DNA of 64,000 bases from Clostridia bacterium (GCA_017501545.1 JAFVWS010000023.1:31967-95966), one strand, 5' to 3'. Positions 8,545 through 18,918 are shown, counted from the stretch's first letter. Made by a program: numbers and translations. The notes: a model not told the origin generated them from the sequence alone.

Positions 8545-9033
8545 ATGAAGCTTTCAGGCATATCAAAATTCAACTTTACAAAAGAGATTAACAAGGGTGC
8601 ACTTTTAACTGCAATTAACAAAAATGGTGATGTCAACACTATGACCGTTTCATGGGGACAATGTGGCATTTTGTGGGGGCGCAAGGTGTGTACTGTTTAT
8701 GTACGCCCACAAAGATACACCTACGAGTTTTGCGAGGATGGCGACACTGTGACCCTTTCGTTTTTTGGTGACGAAAGGCGCGACACGCTTGCCTTCTGTG
8801 GCACAAAAACAGGCAGGGACGTGGATAAATTTGAGGTGTGTAGCCTCAAATATGACCTTATAAACGGGGCTCCCGTTTTTAGTGACGCTAAGGTGACACT
8901 AATTTTAAAAAAGCTTTACGCACAAGACCTTAAGCGTGAGTGCTTTACCAATGAAAGCCCACTTTCAAGCTACAAAAATGGCGATTTTCACAGGGCATAC
9001 ATCTGTGAGATAATAGACGTAATTACTAAATAG
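8545..9033 (+). CDS. Flavin reductase-like (FMN-binding split-barrel) domain protein
   Basis: TMTVSWGQCGILWGRKVCTVYVRPQRYTYEF resembles flavin reductase/flavoredoxin family cores. ATG 8545 is preceded by AAGGGTGG. Confidence 0.5.
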   Translation: MKLSGISKFNFTKEINKGALLTAINKNGDVNTMTVSWGQCGILWGRKVCTVYVRPQRYTYEFCEDGDTVTLSFFGDERRDTLAFCGTKTGRDVDKFEVCSLKYDLINGAPVFSDAKVTLILKKLYAQDLKRECFTNESPLSSYKNGDFHRAYICEIIDVITK

Positions 9034-9051
9034 CAAAGGCAGGATAATAAA

Positions 9052-11235
9052 ATGAAGGACGCAAGATGGATTACCAACAAATGCGCAGGAGCAAGTGATA
9101 ATGCAACCTATTTCTTTAAAAGGAGCTTTTTGCTTGACAAGGTGTCAAGCGCCACTATTGAAATTAGCGCTCAGGCACGCTATAAGCTCTTTATAAATGG
9201 TGAATTTGTTGCGTGTGGCCCTTGCAAGGGCACGCGTGAAAAAACATATTTCGACGCACTTGACGTAACAAAATATTTAAGCGTTGGCGAAAACGAGATT
9301 TTTTGTGAGGTTTTACAGCTTGTTTCTGATGATATGCAGGGCAAAATGTCACCTATTGAGGGCGTAATTCGTGTTGGGGCTGCTCTTCTCACCTTGGAGC
9401 TTCGCTGTGGAGATTTTGTCCTCAAGACAAACGAGGACTGGCTCACCGCCAAAGCGCCTGTAAAGCATCTAAGCGCATCAAGCTGTTATTCTGCTACAAC
9501 ACGTGAAATTCACGACAAAACGCTCGACCCTGTGTGGGAAAACGCAGTTATACAGACTGGCGTTTCCAACGCCGAGGTTGACCACTACTGGTGGGGCTCA
9601 ACAAATAAATGCTTCCTTTACGAAAGACCTATTCCAATGCTTGATTTCAGCGACAAAACAAGCATTGTCAAATACGATGGCGAGTTTTTTGAGGCTGATT
9701 ATTTAACCTTCGGCTTCCCCACCTTTAAAATTTCAGGCAAGGGCACGCTTCGTCTTTACTATTTCGAGTGCTTTACCGAAATTCAAGGCAAGACAAACAA
9801 CGTTCGCACCGACAGAAGCCTCGATTTTACAAAGGAAATGTATGACGAGATTATAGTTGACGGTGAGACAACCTTCCAGCCGTTTTGGTTCAGATGCTTC
9901 CGCTTTATTAAGCCAGAGGCGCAGGGTGATATTACAGTTGAGCTTGTAAATATGACAGAGGTTAACTACCCTATGTTCCCAAGAGCTGACTACGATTTCG
10001 GTAGCAAGGTAGATAACAAGCTATGGGAAATTAGCGTGCGCACGCTTCAGCGCTGTATGCACGAAACATATGAGGACTGTCCATTCTATGAGCAATTACA
10101 GTATTGCATGGACACATCAACACAAATGATATTTAACTATCAGCTAACAAGCGACGACCGTCTTGCAAGAAAGGCTATGGATGATTTTGCAGCATCACAG
10201 CTTGCAAATGGTCTTATGCCATCAAGGACACCTTCAGTTGGTGACCAGCATATTCCTTCGTTCCAATTCTACTTTATATTTATGGTTTATGCGCACTATA
10301 CAAGATTTGGCGACGTTGACCTTGTAAGAAAGCACCTGCGCGCTATCGATGGCGTTTGTGAGTGGTTTACTAACCATATAAATGACGACGGCGTCGTTGG
10401 GCAAAGCAAGTATTGGAACTTTGTTGACTGGGCGACCCCTTGGGGCTATGTTAAGGACGAAAACGATGGTGGTGTGCCTGTTGGAATCCATGGTGGAGTT
10501 ATTGGACTTTACAACCCAATGATGGCGTACTTTTTGCAGTGTGCAGCCAAGCTAAACTTCGTTTGTGGCAGAGCTGACGTTGCAAACGAGTATTTGGCTA
10601 CTGCCGAGATGCTAAAGAAAAACACCGAAAAATATTTCTGGGACAAGGAAAAATGCTTATACGCTGACAACCTTGAGCACACAAAATATTCACAGCATAT
10701 GCAGACTTGGTGTGTGCTTAGTGGCTTGGCAACTGGTAGAAAAGCAAAAAAGATTATGAAAAACTCCCTTGCCCTTGAGGCAAAGGCAACGTATGCATTT
10801 GCATATTTCTATTTTCGCGCACTTGAGATTTGTGGCATGTACGAAAAGACCAAGGAAATGATGGACTCATACCGTGGACTTTTGAAGCTAAACTGCACAA
10901 CAGTGCCAGAAACTCCTACGTATTCAAGAAGTGACTGTCACGCGTGGGGCGCACTTGCAATTTATGAGTTTAGCGCAACCGTGCTTGGCGTGCGCACCTA
11001 TGACGTAAATGAAAAATCCGTTTCAATTAAGCCTTACATTAAGGGTAGAAAATACGCCAAGGGAACTGTATCAACTATTGCTGGTGACGTTACTGTTTCT
11101 TGGAAAAAGTCGGGGGACGTATTTGAAATCGCCATTGAAAGTGAGCAAAACGGAGTTAAAAAATACATCACCCTGCCAAATGGCGAGGAAGTTATAACAA
11201 GCAAGAAAAAATCAAGCTATAAATGCAAAATATAA
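9052..11235 (+). CDS. GH78-like alpha-L-rhamnosidase family (six-hairpin) glycoside hydrolase
   Basis: N-terminus ARWI...FFKRSF...ARYKLFINGEFV is typical of the rhamnosidase N domain. EDCPFYEQLQY motif of the (alpha/alpha)6 catalytic domain. Confidence 0.6.
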   Translation: MKDARWITNKCAGASDNATYFFKRSFLLDKVSSATIEISAQARYKLFINGEFVACGPCKGTREKTYFDALDVTKYLSVGENEIFCEVLQLVSDDMQGKMSPIEGVIRVGAALLTLELRCGDFVLKTNEDWLTAKAPVKHLSASSCYSATTREIHDKTLDPVWENAVIQTGVSNAEVDHYWWGSTNKCFLYERPIPMLDFSDKTSIVKYDGEFFEADYLTFGFPTFKISGKGTLRLYYFECFTEIQGKTNNVRTDRSLDFTKEMYDEIIVDGETTFQPFWFRCFRFIKPEAQGDITVELVNMTEVNYPMFPRADYDFGSKVDNKLWEISVRTLQRCMHETYEDCPFYEQLQYCMDTSTQMIFNYQLTSDDRLARKAMDDFAASQLANGLMPSRTPSVGDQHIPSFQFYFIFMVYAHYTRFGDVDLVRKHLRAIDGVCEWFTNHINDDGVVGQSKYWNFVDWATPWGYVKDENDGGVPVGIHGGVIGLYNPMMAYFLQCAAKLNFVCGRADVANEYLATAEMLKKNTEKYFWDKEKCLYADNLEHTKYSQHMQTWCVLSGLATGRKAKKIMKNSLALEAKATYAFAYFYFRALEICGMYEKTKEMMDSYRGLLKLNCTTVPETPTYSRSDCHAWGALAIYEFSATVLGVRTYDVNEKSVSIKPYIKGRKYAKGTVSTIAGDVTVSWKKSGDVFEIAIESEQNGVKKYITLPNGEEVITSKKKSSYKCKI

Positions 11236-11245
11236 GAGGTAAAAA

Positions 11246-11620
11246 ATGAAAATAGCACTAATTGCACACGACAAGAAAAAATCAGATATGATAAATCTTG
11301 CAATTAAGTACAAGGATACGCTTGCAAAGCATACCCTTTATGCAACCGGCACAACCGGCACGCTTGTAATGGGCGAAACAGGACTTTCAATTAACCGTAT
11401 GAAGAGTGGCCCACTTGGCGGTGACCAACAAATTGGCTCAATGGTGGCAGAAGGAAAATTAGACCTTATAGTTTTCCTACGTGACCCTCTAACCTCACAA
11501 CCACACGAGCCGGACGTAAGCGCACTTCTCCGCCTTTGCGACGTGCAGTCAATCCCGCTTGCAACAAACGTAAAAAGCGCCGAGATTATGCTAAATGCTC
11601 TTAGTAAAAACGAAATCTAA
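11246..11620 (+). CDS. mgsA: Methylglyoxal synthase
   Basis: [12 protein letters not shown]...LYATGTTG...[10 protein letters not shown]...LRDPL..QPHEPDV are diagnostic MGS motifs. Confidence 0.9.
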   Translation: MKIALIAHDKKKSDMINLAIKYKDTLAKHTLYATGTTGTLVMGETGLSINRMKSGPLGGDQQIGSMVAEGKLDLIVFLRDPLTSQPHEPDVSALLRLCDVQSIPLATNVKSAEIMLNALSKNEI

Positions 11621-11689
11621 TCCACTGCAATTGCTTATCAATCCCTCCGTCAGCACTGCTGACACCTCCCTTTGCACAAAGGAGGCTAT

Positions 11690-11730
11690 GAGAAATTATG
11701 CTTAACGCACTTGCAAAGAACGAGATTTAA
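11690..11730 (+). pseudogene. Orphan duplicate of the last ~12 codons plus stop of mgsA
   Basis: GAGAAATTATGCTTAACGCACTTGCAAAGAACGAGATTTAA encodes MLNALAKNEI*, versus the gene end [10 protein letters not shown] at 11582-11620. Confidence 0.5.
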
Positions 11731-11740
11731 TTTCTACATA

Positions 11741-11780
11741 AAAAAGCCACGGAAAATTCCGTGGCTTTTGTTTATTTTTT
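11741..11780. terminator. Bidirectional terminator between mgsA and the DUF1295 gene
   Basis: AAGCCACGG-aaaatt-CCGTGGCTT flanked by A and T runs. Confidence 0.75.
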
Positions 11781-12638
11781 GTATGGTTTTGGGAGTGGTA
11801 ATAGTGCCCAGGTTTGCTTTTTGTACTCGGCAAAGCCTTCCTTTTTAGACTGTCTTTTGTCTGCCATTGGTATGCTGACAAAGAGGAATAAAAGTGTGTT
11901 TAATACTGCTCCGATTAAAACGTACCAAGCGCGTGGTTGCGTTGCGAACACGCTAAGAGCAATGCCCCACCACATTAATATTTCGCCAAGATAGTTTGGA
12001 TGGCGTGAGAATTTCCAAGGTCCTACCCTTATAAACGGTGTGGCTTTGTTCTTTCTGTATGCGTGCATTAATATGTCAGATGCACCCTGCAAAATAACCG
12101 CGAGGAATGAAATTATTATAAAAACAACCGACCACGTGTTTATTTTTAGGTCATTTTGAAACGCATAAACAACGGGGATACAGCATGCATAAACTACAAG
12201 CGTTGGCACAAGATGTATGCCAAGGAAATTGATTACTGGATAGAATTTTCCAGTCCTTTCGTTTAGCATTGTGTAGCGCCAGTCCTGATGCATAAGCGAT
12301 TTAAAGGTGTACGCCCAGTTAACTGTAAGCCTAATGCCCCAGAATAAAACTGCCACGAAAATTAGCGCGCGCAATGGGTCAACGTCCTTGTTTACTGCAT
12401 ATGCAAGCACAATTACAATTGGCTTTACGCTCCAGTATGGGTCATAGACTGATGCGTTTTCAAAAAGCAGACTAAACAAGAAAACAACAATCGTTGCAAA
12501 TATATCAGAAATTAGTAAGCTTGCCCACCAAGGAAGTGGAAGAACCGGACAAATTAAAAGCGCACCTAAAATTGCGAAGAAATATACTAAAAATACTATT
12601 AGGAAGCTTACGCCCCTGTTCTTTTTTAGCTTTTCCAT
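11772..12638 (-). CDS. DUF1295 / steroid 5-alpha-reductase-like membrane protein
   Basis: Polytopic membrane protein with C-terminal SRHPNYLGEILMWWG motif. Confidence 0.7.
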   Translation of the reverse strand: MEKLKKNRGVSFLIVFLVYFFAILGALLICPVLPLPWWASLLISDIFATIVVFLFSLLFENASVYDPYWSVKPIVIVLAYAVNKDVDPLRALIFVAVLFWGIRLTVNWAYTFKSLMHQDWRYTMLNERTGKFYPVINFLGIHLVPTLVVYACCIPVVYAFQNDLKINTWSVVFIIISFLAVILQGASDILMHAYRKNKATPFIRVGPWKFSRHPNYLGEILMWWGIALSVFATQPRAWYVLIGAVLNTLLFLFVSIPMADKRQSKKEGFAEYKKQTWALLPLPKPYKK

Positions 12639-12693
12639 TAAATCACCTCGTTTCCACTATATTATACACTATTTTCACCTCATTGTAAAGCCT

Positions 12694-12726
12694 AAAATGC
12701 CCGTGTGATTCCACGGGCATTTTTTA
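12694..12726 (-). terminator. Terminator hairpin downstream of the 5'-nucleotidase gene
   Basis: ATGCCCGTG-tgattc-CACGGGCAT with flanking A/T runs. Confidence 0.6.
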
Positions 12727-13626
12727 TTTAGTTTTATATGGCACTCTTGCAGAGGGAACTGATAGCTGTGCGCGGTCAGTATGTACCTTTTGGTCATCAA
12801 AGAAAATATTTGCACCAAAGGATTTTAAAACCTCTGTTTTTTCAATACCGCCAAGGAAAAACGCCTCGTCAATTCTTACGTCCCACGCGCGAAGAGTCCT
12901 TATTACTCTTTCGTGTGCAGGGGTGTTACGCGCGGTAACTAACGCTGTTCTAATTGGTGATTTCTCTTTATTTTCAAACTCCTTCTGGATTAAGGAAATA
13001 GTCTTAAGTAGCTTTGCAAAGGGGCCCTCGGGAAGTGGCTTTTTCGCGTTTTCTCTTTCGTGCTCACTAAATGCCTTAAGTCCCTTTTCTTGATAGATTT
13101 TTTCAGCCTCATCAGAGAAAATCACAGCATCACCATCAAATGCAATTCTAATCTCGGGAATTGGTGCACTTGGGTCAATTGGCAAGCTTGTTGGCAAGCA
13201 AATTATTCCTGCGGCAAAGCCAGAGTTTATTGCCTCCTGCACGTCCTGTTCGTTTGCTGACAAAAACAGGTCAGTTTTAAAGGTTTCAAGATAAGGAGAA
13301 ATACTATTTCCACCAACAAGTGCAGCGCGTGAAATATCAAGCCCATAGTGATTAATTGAATTAAAAATTCTTAGGCTTGTGTCAGCACTGTTTTTTGACA
13401 TAATTATAATTTCAGTAATTTGCTTCTCGCCACAGTTTAAATTATGAAGCGCCTTAACAAGGGGAAAAGCAGTGCCTGGCTTTAAAATATCGTTTTCGTG
13501 CTCAATTTGATATTCTGAGTATGCCTCAAGTCCCTTTTCCTCATATATTCTATTTTCCTCCTCAAGGTCAAAAAGCGCACGTGAGGAAATTCCTACAACT
13601 AATTTATCATCAAGATTGTGTGGCAT
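12724..13626 (-). CDS. Cytosolic 5'-nucleotidase IA-like protein
   Basis: LVVGISSRALFDLEEEN...VFDGDAVIFSDEAE...IFFDDQ resembles the bacterial 5'-nucleotidase (cN-IA-like, HAD-like) family. Confidence 0.6.
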   Translation of the reverse strand: MPHNLDDKLVVGISSRALFDLEEENRIYEEKGLEAYSEYQIEHENDILKPGTAFPLVKALHNLNCGEKQITEIIIMSKNSADTSLRIFNSINHYGLDISRAALVGGNSISPYLETFKTDLFLSANEQDVQEAINSGFAAGIICLPTSLPIDPSAPIPEIRIAFDGDAVIFSDEAEKIYQEKGLKAFSEHERENAKKPLPEGPFAKLLKTISLIQKEFENKEKSPIRTALVTARNTPAHERVIRTLRAWDVRIDEAFFLGGIEKTEVLKSFGANIFFDDQKVHTDRAQLSVPSARVPYKTK

Positions 13627-13751
13627 GTTGTTTTTGCCTCCTTAGTCATTTTCTTGATTTAATTATATCATCTTGAAATCTTAAAATCAACTAAATTATA
13701 CACGTATGCGCCCGTTTTTATTTAGAAGTCGCATTTTTACGACAGATAAGT

Positions 13752-13783
13752 AAAAAAGAAGCAGAATTTCTGCTTCTTTTTTG
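13752..13783 (-). terminator. Terminator downstream of the LRR protein gene
   Basis: AAAAAAGAAGCAGAA-tt-TCTGCTTCTTTTTT palindrome. Confidence 0.75.
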
Positions 13784-13785
13784 TT

Positions 13786-16700
13786 CTATTCTGTGTAGTC
13801 CCAGACCTTTGTGCCTCTAAAGGTATTTGACCAAGATGGTGACCAGCCACTTCCCGTAGAGGAAACACCAAGATACAAGGTGCCCGTTATATCAGAAAAC
13901 GCGTTTGATCCAATGTAGGTAATAGATTTAGGCACGTAAATTTCCTCGATGCCGTAGCATCCACTAAAGGCACTATCTCCTATGGTTTTCACCCCACTTG
14001 GTAGCTTAACCGAGGTTATTTTTCCCATATTAGTGAATGAATATGCACCTACCTCTGTAAGCTTACTTCCCTCCTCAAAGGTGATTTTTGCGATATTTGC
14101 CTTCTCGCTTACAGGGGCGAAGAAAAGTCCCGCTGGAATTGTAGTGGTGCCCGCTTTAATATTAACCTCAACACCTGTGGTATTGTGTCCTAAGAATGCA
14201 AACGCATTTGTGTTATATTCAATAGGATGCCAAGCGTTGACATAGTAGTCAATTGTAAAGCTTCCCTTAGCGTAAAAATCTATTTTCTTTACCGCTGTAC
14301 AGCCATAAAATGCATGTGTGCCAAGCTCACCACTCAAGCCATATGGCAACGTAATAAGCTCAAGATACGTGCAATTTTTGAATGCGTTTTCGCCTATTGT
14401 AATGCTTACCGTGGAGCTTGTATCCTCAAGCTCTATTCTTTTTAGCTTAGGAGCTTTCGGTGCTTCCTCACTTGTTGATGGATAGAATAGATTTGATGGA
14501 ATCACGCTTGCTTTTTTTCCAATAATAAGCGTTATTCCCTCGCCATCTGTGCCTGCATTTGCAAAAACTAAGTTGTCGCTATCAAGCGTGCTTACATTTG
14601 CGCCATAGGAAATTGTATTTAGGTAGGTACAGCTTTCAAACGCGCTATTGCCTATTTTTGTCACCTTTGAAGGAAGTGAAACAGTCCTTAAGCCTGAGCC
14701 ACTAAATGCGCCCTCTCCGATTTCAATATCCGAGGTGGTGGTAGTAGAGAAATATACGTTTTCAACAAGTGGTAAGCCCTTAAACGCTTCCTTTCCAACT
14801 GAAAGAAGTGTGTTTTCTTGTGCAAGTGCAAAGCTATTACAGCCTCTGAACGCATATTCGCCCACTATCATTTCCTTTAGGTCAATACTCTCTAAGCTTA
14901 AGCAGCCGTCAAAGGCAGTGTCACCTATTGTTACCGTGGTTTTATAAAGCGATGTAAGGCTTTTAAGTGAGGTACAGCCACTAAATGCACTGCTTCCTAT
15001 TTGCGTAATTCTATTAAACGATATGCTTTGAAGCCCTGTACAGTACATAAACGACTGCTCACCAACTGAGCTAACCGTGCCAAGGGAGATGCTTGTTAGT
15101 GCGCTACATCCATAAAACGTTGCATTGCCTATGGTTGCTATTCTTGAAAGATTTTCAATAGAAGTTAGTGATTTACAGTTATAAAATGCTAGTGAGCCAA
15201 GCTTTGTTGTGGCTGGCTGTAATGTCACCCTTTCAAGCGCGCTACACCCATTAAACACCGAGTCCTCGATTGAGGTTACGCGAGTTTGATTAAGTGAAAT
15301 TTCAGTTAGCGACTTGCAGTTTGCAAATGCGCCCTGCTTTATGCTTGAAAGAGATGAGTCAAGCGTTAAATTCGTTAGGTGTGCGCAGTTATTAAATGCG
15401 CCCTCGGAAATTTCCGTAACACCCGTCAAAATAGCGCTTTCTACTTTAGTGTTTGCAAAGGCATAATTGCCAAGTGAGGACACTGCGCCGTTTGTGTCAA
15501 CTGAGGTAATGTTAGAATTTCTAAACACACCCGTGCCCATTTCGTACGCTGTGCCATTATACGTCTTTGGTAGTATAACGTCCGTTTTCTCGCCTATATA
15601 GTCAACAAGATAAATTTTTGAGTCCGTATTTAAAAAGCCAAAGCCGTTTTCGTCATAGACAATTCCATTTTCCTCTTCGGCCGTGTGTATCAGCCTTGCG
15701 TGGGCGTAAAGATAGCTATTTGCAATATCGTCCTCGTCAGCTGCGCTTAGGTTATAAACCAGAGAAAGCTTAGTGCAGTTAAAAAACGAGAGCTGAGCAA
15801 GCGTTTTTACGTTTGATGGGATTTTAACCATAAGAAGGTTTTCACAGCCTGAAAATGCACTTGTGCCTATAGACTTTAGTGTGCTTGGGAACACGGCGGT
15901 TTTAATTCCTGCGCCCTCAAACGCATTTGGACCAATATAAACCAAGCCCTCGTTAAACTCAACGTCTCTTAAGCTCGTACAGCCATAAAATGCGTATTTT
16001 GAAATTTCTGTTACGCTACTTGGTAGCTTTAAGCTGGTAATTTTTTCACAGCCGTAAAAGGCAGCGAATGGAATTACCTCAGCGCCACTTGATATCGCTA
16101 TTTCGCCATTTATTTCCTCGCCATTTAAGTATAGCTTAGCGCCTGTTTCATAAAGTGGATTTGATCGAACATCAGTAAACTCAATACCACACCACGCATC
16201 AACGTCACTTATTATAACCTTGTCTATCTTGGTTTCAAAAAATGCGTATGATGCAATGTTAGTTAGCCCACTTGGAACGTAAAGCTCCTCAAGGCAGTTA
16301 ATCTTTTGGAACGCGTGATAACCGAATTCAGTTACGCTGTTTGGTATATTTAAGCTCTTTAGCGAGTTACAGTTATAAAACGCATTGCCTGGTATTGTTA
16401 AAATTCCCTCACTGGGCAAAGTGATTTTTTCAATAGATGTGCAGTTTGAAAATGCACCATATCTAAGCGTGCCACCTAATACTGTTACCTCTTTTACAGA
16501 GGCAGGAATTCCAAATCGACCGCCACTTGTTGAGCCATCATAGTATTGATACGAGCCAGTTGAGCTTTCGCCGAAAATAAATCCAAATACAGTTTCTGGT
16601 GTTTGTTCTGCTGGATTTGTCATTCCTCCAACAAATGGAATTGTAAGCTTTTCAAGACCTGTACAGCCACGAAGCGCGCCGTCACCTATCATGCTAACGC

Positions 16701-18606
16701 CTTCTTCTATTACAATTTCCTTAACCATTGTCATATTTTGAAGTGCGCCGAATTGCAAAATCACGCCACGAACAGTGATTTTTTCAAGTCCTGATGGCAC
16801 GTACGCCTTAATGCTCGAGCTACTTGAATAAAATTGTGTAACAAGCGTGCCTCCGTCATACTGGTCATCGCCAAAAATATGACCAAGAAGCGCTTCCCTT
16901 CCGCTTGCACTGCTTCCCTCTCCGACAAATGGAGCATTAATCTCAGTAATGCCAGCACAGCCACTAAACGCGCCCTTGCCAACGCTTGCTACGCTATTTG
17001 GTAGGTAAAGCGTTTTTATCCCTGTACAGCCCTTAAATGCGTAGCCCTCAATGGTTGTTACGTCTTCTGAAAGCGTAATTTGCGCACTTGAATTTAAAAA
17101 TGCGTTTTCTCTAATTGTGATAATCTTTTCAGGTACTGAAAATTCTTTTCCAAGGTAGCCGGCAAATGCGTATGGGGTGATTTCGGTAAGCGAGGTGTTC
17201 GTCCACGAAATCTGTGCCAAGACTCCAAAAAATGCGTTTTGCCCTATTTGACCAACGCTTGCCGGAATGGTTAGCTTTTCTATTTTGTCACAGCCATAAA
17301 AGGCAAAGTCGTTTATTTTTATAACGCCATCTTTAATCTCTGTGTCAATTTTGTTTGAACCGATAAGTAGCGCGCCCTCGCTTTTATCAATAAGCGCACC
17401 GCTTGCACATTCATATCTTTCGTTTGCCTCATCTACCTCAATTCCCTCAAGCACACAGCCAGAAAAAGCATCGCTTGCTATTTCTACAACAGTGCTTGGT
17501 ATCTTAACCGAGGTAATTTTTGTATCCTTAAATGCGCCTGATAAAATTTTGGTTACAGGCTTGCCAAGGCTATTTTCGGGAACGTGTGCCTCAGTCATAT
17601 CCTTGTTTTCTACACCTGAAAGGTAGTATTCAGTATAGTCATTTGATAAAACGTATATAAACCCGTCATTGGCAGTTAACTGATATCCACACTCTGTGCA
17701 TTGATTTTTAATATCAAAGCTATGTGGCTCCTCGGGGGTTATCAAATCACAGCCACAGCTTGCCTTGTGCCAGTGGCACTCCCTGTCAAAGGTAAAGTCA
17801 TCACTATACTCGTGATCTACCATTTCAATAGGAGAATATACCCCGTGATAGCACACAGTACAGTATTGATAATATTTTCCCTCGCTTGTACAGGTTGGTA
17901 TTGTATGTACTCTTTTTTCAGTAAGCGTGTGCTCTGTCTTTTCAATTAGGTCATCACAGCCACAGATATAGCCATACCAGTGGTGCGTGTCATCACTTGA
18001 TAAGGAGGTTGAAATTTCGTGAGGAAGAATCGCAATAGGCTCAGTATAATAAGCGCCACAGTAATCTGTTGTGCAGGTATAGGTCATTACACCCTCTTTT
18101 GTGCAGGTAGGAGGTGTTGTAACCACGCCCTCATCCCACTCGTGTGGGTATTTTTCAATTTCACAGCCACAGGTATAGTCGCGCCAGTGACTTTCCTCGT
18201 CACTTAACCAAACCGTAATGTCAAATGAGTGCCACTTTGCATAAAGAGTTTCACTTCTGACATAATTACACACGGTGCAGTAATATTCTGCCATACCATT
18301 TTCCTTGCAGGTTGGCTCCTTTATAACTCGTTTTTCAATAGTGTGGTCTGCCTTGTCCTTAGCAAAGTTTGTAGGATGGCAGATGGTGCCCCTATAGTGA
18401 AACTCGTCATTGTAGGTGTACTCTTCACTAAAAACATGCTCGTGCTTGATATATTTTCCACACACGTCACATTGTGCATTATAGTCGCTATCTACGTGCT
18501 CATCACAGGTGTCATTAGTGCCACCACCCAAGCCACCAAGTCCTGTGCAAGCAGAAAATAAAAGAAGTGTTAAAAGTATTATAACTAAAAAAGCTATCTT
18601 TTTCAT
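13786..18606 (-). CDS. Giant surface lipoprotein: N-terminal Cys/His-rich repeat modules followed by BspA-type leucine-rich repeats
   Basis: Lipobox LLLFSAC. About five repeats of H..W....CGC...H...PTCT.EG..Y.C..C. Then dozens of ~23-aa repeats with the A/GAF..C..L..I.IP..V..IG pattern. Confidence 0.8.
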   Translation of the reverse strand: MKKIAFLVIILLTLLLFSACTGLGGLGGGTNDTCDEHVDSDYNAQCDVCGKYIKHEHVFSEEYTYNDEFHYRGTICHPTNFAKDKADHTIEKRVIKEPTCKENGMAEYYCTVCNYVRSETLYAKWHSFDITVWLSDEESHWRDYTCGCEIEKYPHEWDEGVVTTPPTCTKEGVMTYTCTTDYCGAYYTEPIAILPHEISTSLSSDDTHHWYGYICGCDDLIEKTEHTLTEKRVHTIPTCTSEGKYYQYCTVCYHGVYSPIEMVDHEYSDDFTFDRECHWHKASCGCDLITPEEPHSFDIKNQCTECGYQLTANDGFIYVLSNDYTEYYLSGVENKDMTEAHVPENSLGKPVTKILSGAFKDTKITSVKIPSTVVEIASDAFSGCVLEGIEVDEANERYECASGALIDKSEGALLIGSNKIDTEIKDGVIKINDFAFYGCDKIEKLTIPASVGQIGQNAFFGVLAQISWTNTSLTEITPYAFAGYLGKEFSVPEKIITIRENAFLNSSAQITLSEDVTTIEGYAFKGCTGIKTLYLPNSVASVGKGAFSGCAGITEINAPFVGEGSSASGREALLGHIFGDDQYDGGTLVTQFYSSSSSIKAYVPSGLEKITVRGVILQFGALQNMTMVKEIVIEEGVSMIGDGALRGCTGLEKLTIPFVGGMTNPAEQTPETVFGFIFGESSTGSYQYYDGSTSGGRFGIPASVKEVTVLGGTLRYGAFSNCTSIEKITLPSEGILTIPGNAFYNCNSLKSLNIPNSVTEFGYHAFQKINCLEELYVPSGLTNIASYAFFETKIDKVIISDVDAWCGIEFTDVRSNPLYETGAKLYLNGEEINGEIAISSGAEVIPFAAFYGCEKITSLKLPSSVTEISKYAFYGCTSLRDVEFNEGLVYIGPNAFEGAGIKTAVFPSTLKSIGTSAFSGCENLLMVKIPSNVKTLAQLSFFNCTKLSLVYNLSAADEDDIANSYLYAHARLIHTAEEENGIVYDENGFGFLNTDSKIYLVDYIGEKTDVILPKTYNGTAYEMGTGVFRNSNITSVDTNGAVSSLGNYAFANTKVESAILTGVTEISEGAFNNCAHLTNLTLDSSLSSIKQGAFANCKSLTEISLNQTRVTSIEDSVFNGCSALERVTLQPATTKLGSLAFYNCKSLTSIENLSRIATIGNATFYGCSALTSISLGTVSSVGEQSFMYCTGLQSISFNRITQIGSSAFSGCTSLKSLTSLYKTTVTIGDTAFDGCLSLESIDLKEMIVGEYAFRGCNSFALAQENTLLSVGKEAFKGLPLVENVYFSTTTTSDIEIGEGAFSGSGLRTVSLPSKVTKIGNSAFESCTYLNTISYGANVSTLDSDNLVFANAGTDGEGITLIIGKKASVIPSNLFYPSTSEEAPKAPKLKRIELEDTSSTVSITIGENAFKNCTYLELITLPYGLSGELGTHAFYGCTAVKKIDFYAKGSFTIDYYVNAWHPIEYNTNAFAFLGHNTTGVEVNIKAGTTTIPAGLFFAPVSEKANIAKITFEEGSKLTEVGAYSFTNMGKITSVKLPSGVKTIGDSAFSGCYGIEEIYVPKSITYIGSNAFSDITGTLYLGVSSTGSGWSPSWSNTFRGTKVWDYTE

Positions 18607-18773
18607 TTTCTCTCTCCTTACCTAAGATGCGTTGAAAAATTTTCCTTCATTATAATTTTATCATTATATTATATGGTTGTCAAGTTTTGCATTTTTCCAA
18701 ATAATGTAAGGGTTCCTTATAGTGACAAAAAAATAAAAAAGGAACGGTTTCCCGTTCCCTTTATTAGTTGTTT

Positions 18774-18805
18774 TCTGGCTTTTTGTTTCTTCTCTTGTTT
18801 TCGCG
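18774..18805 (-). pseudogene. Orphan duplicate of the 3' end of jag
   Basis: About 32-42 nt are near-identical to 18919-18960 and would encode ..ENKRRNKKPENN* like the real gene end. Followed by its own terminator (GGAACGG-gaaa-CCGTTCC). Confidence 0.55.
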
Positions 18806-18887
18806 CTCTGCCTCCTTCGAGTGCGAGGGAGGGGGACCGCAACGTGTCTTTTCACGCACGTTTTTCTTTGTCAGCGGTGGAGGGAGT

Positions 18888-18917
18888 AAAAACCCCGCCA
18901 AAATGACGGGGATTTTC
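18888..18917 (-). terminator. Terminator immediately after jag
   Basis: Minus strand CCCCGTC-attttgg-CGGGG followed by TTTTT. Confidence 0.7.
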
Positions 18918-18918
18918 G

